A DNA stretch of 63,981 nucleotides, counting the filler, from Ionaspis alba (taxonomy: Eukaryota), in the NCBI GenBank assembly GCA_964255285.1. It is 5 parts of 5 records of this genome, joined end to end, with 100 filler letters (N's around TTAATTAATTAA, not from the genome) between each part and the next. Parts side by side here need not be neighbours in the genome. Positions count along the whole stretch, not along the records: positions 51,524 to 63,981 come from CAXUUL010000507.1; 4 more parts are not named here. The stretch is one strand, 5' to 3'. Under the pieces are notes generated by a model that ran no database searches, was not told the DNA's origin, and worked only from the letters and a program-made list of their open reading frames with translations. The number at the start of each line of letters is the position of its first letter. Positions within the stretch are counted from its first letter, which is position 1. Positions 51,583 to 63,031 of the stretch are shown here, in pieces. Both the position numbers and the translations under genes were made by a program.

Positions 51583-51878
51583 TTCGATGGTGGTAAAAGA
51601 AGAGAAAGAAGAGACAAGGGGATGGGCTGTGATTGTGAATGTGGAGAGGGGAAAGGCAATGTGCAATGGGAAACGGGAGAGAAGATGAGATCGACCGGCG
51701 ATCTTTGGTTGTGTATGTGTTGGAGTAAGAGACTGACAACGGAGAGCTTGAGCGATGCAGATATCGAAAGACTTGCTTTGGAGTGCTTGAGGAGAAAGAA
51801 GTAGAAGAGATGGAAGAGAAAGAATCTGTCTTATATAGACACGAGTAGAACTAGTTCTCCAGCCACACCTCTGGTGCT

Positions 51879-52309
51879 CTATTGATCATATTTTTATTGA
51901 TTGTTCTATTCAGCATTGCTATTCAATATATACCAAACCGCTACGCTTCAACACATGTTACTATTGACCGAAAATGTGTCAATTGTACAGTAGGTTGATG
52001 CTCCCATTCACCCATTCAACGTAATGCACTAGCGGCTCCTCTCAACACAACTTCCTATTGATCATCCAATTGAGACCGCCATTGTCCAAAAAATCATATC
52101 AATAGGAAGTTTCACTACGCACCCACAGCTAACTTGCAATGATCGCTGGCTCAATTGTAACCTCAAACATTGGATAAATTATGCTGTTCCGTCAATAGAT
52201 AGATCAAGTCAAGGGACAATAGCAGGACAATAACATTGCTTCAAACAGCATCAAACTCATGTCCAGATCTAGTGGTAACTTTCTCATGTTAAATTGCATG
52301 ATCTATTGC
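51879..52309. promoter_or_regulatory. Cluster of CTATTGAY/RTCAATAG motifs (candidate alpha-box/HMG-box TF sites)
   Basis: Exact CTATTGA at 51879, 51961, 52055 and reverse TCAATAG at 52099, 52192; near matches at 51894, 51906, 51919, 52216, 52303. Confidence 0.6.
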
Positions 52310-52480
52310 GAACGCACGATCTGACTCCCCTCAAAGGGACAAAGCCCTAAGCTGTCGTAGCGAAGGACGGAAGCGGTTAGATATCCTGCTTAGTCATGGC
52401 TTCTACCGCCGCAACAAGCAACGACAAGATCAACATAACAGTACTATCGCTGCATTTGTATAAGCTCTTCCATTCACAAC

Positions 52481-54060
52481 ATGGCTAGTAAGAAGAACAA
52501 AGCTGCGCCTACGGATGAAGAGCTGTTGGCTCAATTCGAGGGCCTTGGGGACGAAGAAGCCTCGACAAAGAAAGCTCCGAAGTCTACTGGAGGCAGAGGC
52601 TCGCGCTCATCGGTAACACCACAACAACAATCCGAAGCAGATCTACTCGCCGAATTTGAAAATCTAGCCGAGAGACCGAAAAGCCGACCCCATACACCTC
52701 GACAGGTCGCCCCCGCGGCGACTCAGCAATCACCAAAGCGGAACTCTACAGCTACCCCTCCTATTGCATCTACGAGAACGAGTGAAGAAAAGCCGACGGT
52801 CCAAGCACGAAAGTCTGGAGAGAGTACACGATCTTTTCACCAAAGTTTCACACCTGCCGAATCAGAGCCGGAGCCAGAGCCCGAGAAGAGAGTTCCTCCA
52901 CCAGTCGCTGAAGTACAAAGCGGTGGAGGGGGGTGGTGGGGAGGTCTAGTCGGAGCTGCCAGCGCTGCCGTCAAGCAAGCCGAAGCGCTCGCAAAGGAGA
53001 TCCAGAAAAATGAAGAAGCACAACGATGGGCCGAGCAAGTCAAAGGCAACGTCGGTGCCCTTCGTGGCTTCGGTACGTCTCCCCTTCACCTCTCAACTGT
53101 TACCTATGCTAATTGCACCTTTCAGGTGGTGAGCTCCGCTCCCGCGCCCTCCCCACCTTCACCAACATCCTCCACACCCTTGCTCCTCCCATCTCCTCCC
53201 ACGAACGCCTTCAGATCCACATCACGCACGACCTCATTGGCTACCCCTCCCTCGACCCCCTCATCTACCAGACCTTCTCGCGCGTCATGGCACAAGTCGA
53301 AGGCGGCGATTTAATGGTCATCCAGCGAGGGCACGAATCCTCCCCCCGGCGCGGCTCAGAAGGAGGATACACAGGTTCGAGCACCACGGGCTGGAGCGAC
53401 GGACCCTGGTGGAGGCAAGCGACGGAGAAGCGCGACCTTGGCGCTGTGAAGGGGCTTGTTGAGGGGACGAAGCTGTCGAAAGTCAGTGCCGAGTCGTACG
53501 CGACGGAGTACTTTGCATCGAGAGGTGGAGTCGAGGAGGCCGCGAAGCACGCCACAGAGGTGCTGAGTGAGAGCAATCCTGTCAGGAGTAGTGATATTTT
53601 CCTTGCGATTCAAGCTATCAGCCATACAGCACCGGCTGATTTGTTTGGCGGACCGCCGAAAGCCGGGGACGAGAAGGTTGCGGATCCGGATGATACGCCG
53701 GATGAGCTTACTTGCTTCGCGGTTTACCTTCATGATCCCATCCATGGTATTACGTTCCATACTGTCTCACAGACTATGCCGCAGAAATGGCTGGATTGGC
53801 TGGACAGTTCGGTTTCGTCAGGTGAACCACCTGAAGCGGCTCTGCCGGAGGAGATTGCGGAGATCATCAATAGTGGAGGTGTGGATCCGAGGGAGTGGGT
53901 TGCGGAATGGGTTGAGGAGTGTTTGGCATTGGGTGTGGGCATCGTGGCGCAGAAGTATGTGGCGAGGAGGATGGGTGTTGGGGAGGGAGGCATTGGGAGG
54001 GGAAAGGCGAGGGAGGAGGCTATTGAAGCTGGAGCTGGGGAGGCGGCGAGGGCGATGTGA
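52481..54060 (+). CDS. MTC1: Maintenance of telomere capping protein 1 family
   Basis: GGGWWGG, LPTFTNILHTLAPPISSHERLQIHITHD, FSRVMAQVEGG, DPREWVAEWVEE..QKYVARRM; intron 53073..53125. Confidence 0.8.
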
Positions 54061-54290
54061 TGGTATCTTCGAAGCAAGAGAACTGGCGTTTGTGTGGCGT
54101 TTGGGAGCGAGATATCCATGCCTGCTGCTGCGGTTAGGTCTCACGTCGCAGTGCGATGATGCATCAAGTCCGGTTATTCACCGATCCTTGCCATGTCTGC
54201 TCCTTGGTGATAGAGTCTAAAGTGAACGCCATCGCTATGCCCGTGTCCCGACCTCGAACTCCTAGATATTCCTTGCTTGACTGCCCTATA

Positions 54291-54762
54291 TCACTTGCCA
54301 TCTTTCTTGCCTTTTCCCTCCTCCCCGTTGCCTTTTTTCTTCTTCCCGCCTGCTAGCATCTCCAAATGTCCGGCCTTCTCCGCAAGATTCCTCTCAGTCT
54401 TCGCGACCAATCCAGCGGAGTGTTTCTGTACACAGACCACCATTAGAATGAGCTGCCCATCATGTACGCGCATATTGCTCCTGTGCCAGCTCCAGTTGAG
54501 GATCCATGGGATGCTTTAAGGGGAAACAGGACGCAATAATACCTTCTTCATTTGGTTCTGCTTCACCAGTCCCGATTTCCGAGGTGCGATGGCTCGTTGT
54601 CCTTTCTTCGGACCTAGAACATTGGGCCTATCACATGCGTTGCAGTCAGTAAACCACCTCTGACTGGTCGAGCCTCAGGTAATGATTTGGTTCTGCGTGA
54701 TCATGAACGTACCTGCGCGCCGGATGCGAGGCTTTGGACTTCTTGATAGTGCCTTGCGCCAT
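54291..54762 (-). CDS. Small basic protein, UPF0390/DUF2462 family (89 aa)
   Basis: Three-exon model only partly visible in the ORF track: [43 protein letters not shown]; introns 54628..54712 and 54426..54542. Confidence 0.85.
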
Positions 54763-55441
54763 ATCTGGAAGCTGATGACTGTTGCTTGTTGGTCGAAATG
54801 GATTTTTTTCGCGTCGATCCTACCAAAAGTTTGTTTCGCTATGTCGCGGGGGCTTGGCTCCACGAGACGGGAGGCTTGTTTTAGGTTTTAGGTGATTTAC
54901 TTAGCGAATGGGAACTGGGTCTTAGCGGGTACGGTAGCGGGAGGCAGGAAATAATATGCCAGATGGCCCTCAGATAGGTCTATTTAGAATCAACCATCGG
55001 GGTGATATATCTTTTCCTTCTACTCGACCTTAGGAGTAATACTCCATTCGAAATTCTGTCTGGACTCTGGTTACAGTATGACGACTTGTATGTTTCAAGT
55101 GCACTGATTAGGGCATGCGCACTGACATTTAGGACTTGTTCCAGTTCAGTCTTGTCTTCGACCGCAAGCAGGATATCTACGGTAACCTTGTGTGCTGATC
55201 CTAAGTCATGCACATGCGATCAAAGTATTTTTATATTTTGGTACAGTACACTAGTGCAAGAGACACGGTTCCAAAGGAAAGTGTTCAATGTCGAAGCAAG
55301 AAGCAAACATAGCAGGCTCGAAGACATTACGAACGAGTGTAAACAGTTGGTGTACTTGTAGAAAAGCATCAAAGGAATGGAATTCAGACAAAACCCAATA
55401 CCTGTTGTGTAGGGGTTCCCCATATCTTCGATCTTGACCTT

Positions 55442-56874
55442 CTAATAGCCATCCATAACAGTGGAGACACCGTTACCGAAACCGTTAGCAGTAACAGAAT
55501 GGCCGGTCTTCATAGCGGCAGGTACCCCAGAGCGTCCCTTAGCACCCCTCCTCTCGATGATATGGCCCTTCTCACCCATCGCAGCCATGACAGGGTCCGG
55601 AGTCGGCAGATAAGGGTAGTCAGCGATGGGCTTGTCACGCTTGCCCTCTACCAGGACAACATCCTTCATAATCTGGACCACGCGTCGAAGGTCGCTATTG
55701 TCAACTTCGTTGACTCTGAGAATCGACTTCCAAGCCATGCCCTCCTGCACAACGGGTTTGTCGAAGGTGCAAACGTATTGATCGTCGAGAGCGGCGTCGA
55801 CGGTCACTTTGAGGTACGCGAGGGAATGGTTGATTTCCGACTCGGCCATCATGGGACGGGACAGCCAGATAATGGGAACGAGGGCATTGACGGTATCCTT
55901 GACGCTGTCTTTGGATAGGTTAGCAGTCCGTTGAAATCATACGACGACGAGGAGGCTCTCTTACTGAGGTCGACTGGGATCAACCAAGTGCCTGCTTTGC
56001 CGGCACTAGCTTCAACGATCTGTGCCCAAATCGTAGAAGAGTTTTCGCTCGCGTCTTTCCCAGTCCGACGGAAGACAATGGTAGCCTCACTCGGACCATT
56101 CCTGGTCTTGGTGAATTTCTGGGAGTCGATAACATAGGATTTGGCCTCGAGCGTGGCGCAGATTTTGCAATAAGCAGCACTGGCATCTTTGGAGGTAACG
56201 GTAGTCTGCCAGACGACTTCACCAGTGAAAGTTATGGCACTGCCTCCCTTGGACGCGAAGGAAAAGATCCCACCAATCCAATCGATGGCCTTAGAAACAG
56301 TGTTCTTGACAGTATTGAAAGCGTCCGTGATAGCGGTCCAGATGCCTTGCAGAAAGTCTTTCACCTTACCAATCAGTTCGCTCGCCATCTGCATGACTGA
56401 CTGGAAGGCCCCCATGACATAGTTCACCCCTGTTTCGAAGCCATTGTAAGCGGCATCTTGAAGGCTCGGATCCAGAGTATCAATGAATTCTCCGGCACTA
56501 TTGAAGGAGTCGTCAACAGTCTTGATGATCTTGGCTTTGACCTCCTCCCTCTTCTTCGTCATTTTCTGATGCCATGCCTTCTCGTCGGGCTTGCTGTCCT
56601 TGAGCGCCTCGGTATCTTTCTTGAATTCTTCGAAGGTGAGCTCGTTGTAACCAGCAGAAGTTTTGTTGATATTTGTGAGCTGTTTGTCGACATCACTCAT
56701 GCCGACTGTGGCCTTGGTGGTCGCGATGTGGTCGATACCACGCTCAAGATGCTGTGCCTGTCGAATGTAGAGATATGTGAAGTCCTCAGATCTCATACAT
56801 TGAAGGGTATGAGCCTGATGCAATTGAAGCTTTTGCTGCCAGCGCATCTTAATGGGCCCTGGCAAGGCAGACAT
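55442..56874 (-). CDS. Uncharacterised 458-aa protein with amphipathic helical N-half and alpha/beta C-half
   Basis: Two ORFs fused by intron 55909..55964 (GTAAGA, branch GCTAAC, AAG); clean coding-like codon usage; no signal peptide. Confidence 0.75.
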
Positions 56875-59183
56875 GGCTTTGATGCTGAAGCTGTAAAGTG
56901 ATAGAGCTGTTCTTGTGGTCCTTAGACTCGGTACAACTATGATGGAGGAAGAAAGTCAACGAAGCTCAAAGAAGAATCCGAAAAATTTTGATGTTGACTT
57001 AATTGGAGTGTTAGTTGTTTGAGGGTTGGAAGTCGAAGCTGTTGATGAGATCAGAAAGACGGGAGAGGAAGCCCCTCTTATGTCCACCGCAGTCAACCAT
57101 ATCGCTCCTTTTGTGACTGTCAAGACGTCAGCTCGACGTTCAGCTTCTAAGCTCCTTATTGATGACAGCATCCTGCGCGAGAACTCAAAAGGATCAGCTA
57201 TCGTCGTGAAGCGCTAAATCGAAGCCTTATATCCACTAGCACGGTTCAGACAATATCGTCGAAATAGGTCGACCGCTCCGTCGAGAACGAAATCTCCTCT
57301 CCCATGAGCTGATCACAACACGCCTTAGGTTAGGGCTCGAGGAAAACTGTCGGTGTGCTACGCTCTGGTGGACGTCTTGCTCCCAAATGGATAAGGGGTC
57401 GTTGTCTGGTGTGGTCTTACGGTAACCAATCCGAACTATCCGATTGTGATCTCGAAGATTGTCTGGAACCAGTCACAGCGGAGGACTGCCATCACTGGAC
57501 GCTGGCATCATACTTGGCCAAGGCATGGTGTGTTACCCAGAGCCTAGCATGCTGTCGATGAGATATCAAAAGCTGAGGATTGCTCAGGCAGCCTCGAAGA
57601 CAGACTGAGAGTCTAGATCTCAAGGTAGAATTGATGGTGGTAATTTGCCTACGTAGAAACATAACCCTACTATACCTGATGAGGTGCAGCGCGAATGCTT
57701 CCATTGGTAGAAAGCCTAGTGGCAGAATAAGAAAGTAACAGCCATAACAAGAATGATGAAGATGGGTGTCAAGAATAAGTCTGAATATTGGTCCAAAATC
57801 CGTCTTCGGTATAGACAGACAGCACTATGCTCAGCCTGACATATCAGAATATGAGAGTAGCCTGTTCAACGGCCACAACAAGAACGCCATGTAAGCTGAG
57901 AATTGACAGATGAAGGCAAGTTGCAGAGCTAGCAAAGTAGAAGGCATCCACGAGATAGGTGACCAGCCCGCCTCATGACGGATCAGGATCACGACCTTTC
58001 TTCGGAGGTGAGAAGCAGTATGACAACTGTGGAGAAAGAGATCTTTCTTTGACTGTACGAAAGAATGTTGATAGAATTGTCTAGACCTTAGTATGACGAT
58101 GACGGTTGACGATGCTCTCTTGTGGTTGAATTCGTGCTTTGAACTGTTGCGTCATAGCGGCACTCGGCGTCGAACAGATGAGGATAAGGGCCGGCCTGTC
58201 AACTAAACAAGTGTGATAGTGGCCGAACGGCTGAGGGCTGAGTATCCGATGCCGTGTCAGAGGCTTTGCGCGTTGCTCCCACTACTATTATTTGACGTTC
58301 CCGGATGATGCATGTCTGGAGAACGCCTGCACTCCTTTGTGGCTATTAGTCCTGCGTACTACTCCGATGAATCGGACAAGCTTCTGAATTGGGCAACTTG
58401 AGCCTTTCAGCTTCTACAATGGCGTCCCTACGGCTCTGTAGCTACGACCGAACGTTCCCATCCCATGTTCTCGGGATTCAACTGACGAACCGTTGGGATA
58501 TTATTGGGTCCAAGACTAGGTTCAGCGGAATGCCTCATGCCAGTGTGTGCGACCCTCCTAAATAATTAGCATATATGAGTTCCGATGTGAACATAGAGTG
58601 TGCAACAGAAATTTAAGTCCTCCGAGTTGTGTCTAGAAAGCTTCTTAGCGTGTCAATGCTGCTAGAACTGGGAACTCCCCCGGTCGAGAATGACATGAGG
58701 AGCGTCTGCCACAGGCGCCGCAAAGGTCCGCCATATGATACGACCAGCACCATCATCAATACCTACAAAACATCAAAGCCATTCCAGGGAGGAATGAAAG
58801 AAAGAAGCATGATCAATACCTCATAACTCGTTCTGTACATATTAGTTGTATAGACTCTTTCCGGATTCGTCTCAGTCGCACAAGGCTGCCATACAGCGTG
58901 GTTTGATAATCATCACTCCAAAGATTTCCTTCTGCAGGTATCTGATGGGCCATATACTTCGGGAATGGGAGTGTGGCACCCCAACTGTTCGACCATTGGC
59001 GTTCTGTTAGATTCCGCAGATCAGCTGAATAGCATGATCAAGATAAGATAGCCTTGCTCTTCCTCTTTACTTGCTTTTGTGCTGTCCTACATCGCGCATT
59101 CCATTATCAACCAGAGCAAATATTTCTACTATTTCAGACTAAGGATTTAGACAAGTGATTGTTTGTTTTATTTTGCAAGCATA

Positions 59184-60009
59184 ATGCTCGGCTGTAGAGA
59201 TATTTTATTCAGTTGTGTTAATGGTCCATTACAAGTGCAAGCAAATGCTGACATAGCGGGCGTTGGCGTAAGTATGATCATTCAACAACCTATCCAATGG
59301 TCAGGACATCTGATTGAAGTTATCCTGGGCCTCTTGAAGGAACCAGAATTGATCCGCTGTTTCATATTCTCATGGCATTCAGTGCCACCTCAGCGTTTAC
59401 TCTTCTCGCAATTACAGTGGGCTATCTTGTTCACGCTAACCCAGATGGAGGAAGCGGTAGCCTCCTGAACAGTCTCGACATCTATACCATACAGCGTTGC
59501 AAGGTACTCTTCCGTCTCAAAAAAGGCAACTCAGCGGCGCTCAAGAGCCAACGGTGCAGCGCCCTGGAGCATTTCGTGCTCGAGCTGAGTGATCAGCAGA
59601 TTGTGACTGGCCTGCCCATTTTGAACGTCGCTTGTACAAGTCACTGCTCCATGTCCAGCTATCATTTCTTCATCATTGTTACACTGGTTCGGTTCTCTTC
59701 AACGACACATCTGTCGACCTTAACCGTGCTTCAGAATTACTTCGAAGGATTTCCCAAACCCAAATACATTCGATTGATTGGAATGTCAACGATATACACA
59801 CATCCCCAGCTACCAGATGGGTATTTTGCATTCTCTTTGCATACACCATCACAATGTTGATTACCGTCGCTTGGTACCTTGCGTATAGAATAAGCGCTAA
59901 AGACTACCAGGGAGTCAAAACAGGTCTAGCCATGGCTGGCTTATCGTTGTTGGCAGGTATTGGATCATATAGCTGGGAGTGGCAGCGACTTATGACTGAA
60001 GATAGTTAA
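59184..60009 (+). pseudogene. Probable pseudogene of a widespread fungal multi-TM hypothetical family (ADIAGxGV / LSDQQxVTG / YHF..FSSTTHL)
   Basis: Family motifs recognisable, but the intron acceptor reads CAT at 59363-59365 with no in-frame AG nearby, and the frame ends early at 59860 with a hydrophobic continuation in another frame. Confidence 0.55.
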
Positions 60010-60023
60010 CACTACAACGAAGC

Positions 60024-60123
60024 NNNNNNNNNNNNNNNNNNNNNNNNNNNNNNNNNNNNNNNNNNNNNNNNNNNNNNNNNNNNNNNNNNNNNNNNNNNNN
60101 NNNNNNNNNNNNNNNNNNNNNNN
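60024..60123. other. Intra-scaffold 100-N gap flanked by duplicated 16-mer
   Basis: AACACTACAACGAAGC at 60008..60023 and 60124..60139. Confidence 0.9.
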
Positions 60124-60517
60124 AACACTACAACGAAGCCAGCGATAGCAGAATCTACATGAACAGTAGTACCATGCGCAGAATGGCACAAGTCACTCTT
60201 CCCATGGCCGACCATGGCTATCCGAGTCTCGATCAAGTATGACGAAAGCAGGAAGATACAACAGAGAAAATGATGGCATATGCCAAGCTTTCTGATCTCA
60301 AACCTGGCCCTAACTACTAGTACTTCTCATCCTGGTGCACGTGTTCCTTCCTATGACGTAGGACGGCCACGCGATCCCTGCCCGCCCTCGAAATCAAACA
60401 TAAGAATCCGCTTCCTGTCCGGAGAGACCTCCATTTTACAACCACAGCTCTACCTATCACTCCTACAAACGTCAACTGCAGAGCTATCCACACCATCAAT
60501 CACAAATCACCGTCACC

Positions 60518-60909
60518 ATGAACAAGATCAAGTGAGACAGACCTTTTGCATGGTTTCACTAGTTCCGAGTTGATGTTAACATGCCCTTCAGCAACGCCGT
60601 CGACTACGTCTCCTCTAAGACCCAAGGCTTGACATCCGAAGCCTCGAAAGAGACCAACAAGCGTACGCGAATCTATTCTCCATCCTTCCCTGTCATGACC
60701 CGTACAAAAACTGAAAGCCTACCACAGAAATCGCAAAAGACAGTCATGCGCCTATGGGCACCAGGGCCCGAGCTACCAAAGACATGATGCACGACAAGGT
60801 CGATGAGCACCGTCACAAGGTCCGTGACTCTTGCAGTAACATAGTACAACCTATACTGACATGGGTACAGACAAATGCGTCGGTCAGTAAGGAGGCTGCG
60901 AAGCACTAG
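60518..60909 (+). CDS. GRG1: Glucose-repressible protein Grg1/ccg-1 family (71 aa)
   Basis: Four-exon model MNKINNAVDYVSSKTQGLTSEASKETNKQIAKDSHAPMGTRARATKDMMHDKVDEHRHKTNASVSKEAAKH; canonical GT-AG introns. Confidence 0.88.
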
Positions 60910-61470
60910 ATACCCACAATCCACTTGCAAGGAGGAGATAAAGACTCTGGCTGATCAGTTGAGAATGGCGGTAATGACTTTGTGCATGATACCACTCGCT
61001 TTTTGGCAGACTGGTTTAGTTTGTTAGTGATACCATTAAATCAATTGCTTTGAGCAAAATTTGTAGCTCGTAGATTCCAATTGATCAATCCTAAACACCA
61101 ACTATCTTCTCAAGGTGATCATGATCGTCCACTGCATTGTCATCCACCTCAATTTGACAGCGCCTTTATACCGAGTATTTGCTGTTATATTCGTACATCT
61201 CATAATTACCCAGCAACACATCTTGTGCTGCTACTTCGACTAGGGCCTGTTCAACGAATAAAGCCGTAACGTAGTCCAATGCCTAGACATCCCTTCGCTG
61301 GTCAGAGCCCGTACCAGTTTGCTGAAACTAGTTTCCAGTCCATGGGAATAAGCGCTTGAAACCCTTGCGCCAGCCAATGAGGGGCAGAAGCGGTCTCGTA
61401 TTTCCTCTGGCTCTGTTTGACAACTTCAATGTTCAAAGCGTACAGGGTCTCAATAGCGTCGAGTGGAAGT

Positions 61471-61477
61471 TATATAA
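61471..61477 (+). promoter_or_regulatory. TATA element ~30 nt upstream of 5S rRNA gene
   Basis: TATATAA at about -31, as known for dispersed 5S genes of filamentous ascomycetes. Confidence 0.6.
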
Positions 61478-61501
61478 TTTGAAGCAAGAGCATAATCTAT
61501 C

Positions 61502-61620
61502 ACATACGACCATAGACTCAAGAAAACTGGGCATCCCGTCCGCTCTGCCATACATAAGCTTGAGATCGGCTGATTAGTAGTTGGGTGGGTGACCACCAGC
61601 GAATACCAGCTGTTGTATGT
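61502..61620 (+). rRNA. 5S rRNA (dispersed copy)
   Basis: ACATACGACCATA..CATCCCGTCCGCTC..TTAGTAGTTGGGTGGGTGACCACCAGCGAATAC..GTTGTATGT; 5' and 3' ends pair (helix I); ~119 nt. Confidence 0.96.
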
Positions 61621-61634
61621 TTTTGCCTTTTTTT
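61620..61634 (+). terminator. Pol III oligo-T terminator
   Basis: TTTTT followed by a second T7 run immediately after the 5S gene. Confidence 0.8.
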
Positions 61635-63031
61635 GCGCAATGGTACAAACAATGCAAAAGTAGAATTCCTTCTCGGAAAGGACGGAAGGTAGAGTACCTC
61701 GAAGATGCAAGAAACCCTCACGCATAACTACGTATCAAAATCGGCTCATTAGAACTATGCCATTCCACCGCGACCGTGCTGGCCTTCATAGACAATACTC
61801 TTACTGTAGACTAGGGCTCTAAAGCAGGCTTCATTCCGGAACAATCATAATCGAGATGTTTGGCTTCCTTAATACTCGGTGAACACGCCGTTCCATTCAG
61901 TCTTCGATTCTGCGGCGACAACAATTTGACTCGGCATCAAACATTGGAGAGCCTGTTCAGGACTTCCCTCACAGTGTCTCCAAAGAGAAGGTTGTCAATG
62001 CTATGTCAATACTCTTACGTCTCAGGCCAATTTAGCGACATAGTGGATTGATCACAACCATATCAATAGATTTGTCGTTTCAGCGTTATACGAGACCTAG
62101 AAGTGTGGACAGAAATGCTTGGATTGTTCGTGCTTAATCTTGTAGATGTGGCAGATAACTTCGCGTCTTCAAATTCAACACGATGCAATGGCCAGACGAT
62201 GGATTGGAGCAATATTATACGATGGGGCGTATGGTGAATATTGCCGTTGAATTGTTGTTACAGTCATCAACTGCATGGAGCGAAGGAAGATGAGTGATGA
62301 CACGGAGATTCCCTTCCCGTTCACCCCAAATCCGCTTCGTATCGTCGCTTAGCCAGGAAGACGCAGGAACAGAGGAAGGTTACAGCCAAGCTTGGGGCTG
62401 ACAGGAGCTTGGCCGCAGTCTGCACCAATCAAACCACCGAGACACATCCTTGACACTGAAAGGCAACATCTCAGCTCATCTCCCTCGACAACCCAATGCA
62501 GTAATTTCCAATTTTATCTCTGACTCGCGTAGGACTGCAGGATTGCACACTCCCCCAGGAACAAGCCCCTGCTGGGTAAGATTCAAACTCATCAATAGTC
62601 CCTAGCCCTAATCTAGATCCCTCCTCATCTGCCATCTCCGCAGATGGAACCATGCCAGCGCGCCAACAGTTACCCTGGTAGTTCTATGCCGCCTGAAGTT
62701 CCATCAGGGGACAGCCGCAGTAACCGGACAAGCCCATATACTCAGCCAATGTCCCACTCTCTGACATCGCCGTTCCTCGCTGTTGCGCTCACCACTTCAT
62801 TGCTGCGCGCTTGATCACTATTACCGTGCATCCCACTCCAGTCACTCCTTAGCACCGCCATCTCCTTCAGCTGCTGTTCCAAGTGTGCTTATTGCCACTG
62901 TTCCACTCTTTATTAAATACTACCCTTCGTGTCACCACTTTTTGTCTACGTATATCGCTGTTTCGCGCTTCTTAATTGAAATCTCAATCTCTGTAAGAAA
63001 CAAATTGAGACAAAACAATCATCAACCAAAA

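Noticed and set aside
55849..55852. ATGA stop/start overlap suggesting translational coupling or frameshifting
   Set aside because: A canonical intron at 55909..55964 fuses the two ORFs into one gene.
57000..59100. Transposon relic or RIP-degraded repeat in gene-poor stretch
   Set aside because: No terminal repeats, transposase or RT motifs, or strong AT/TpA enrichment visible.
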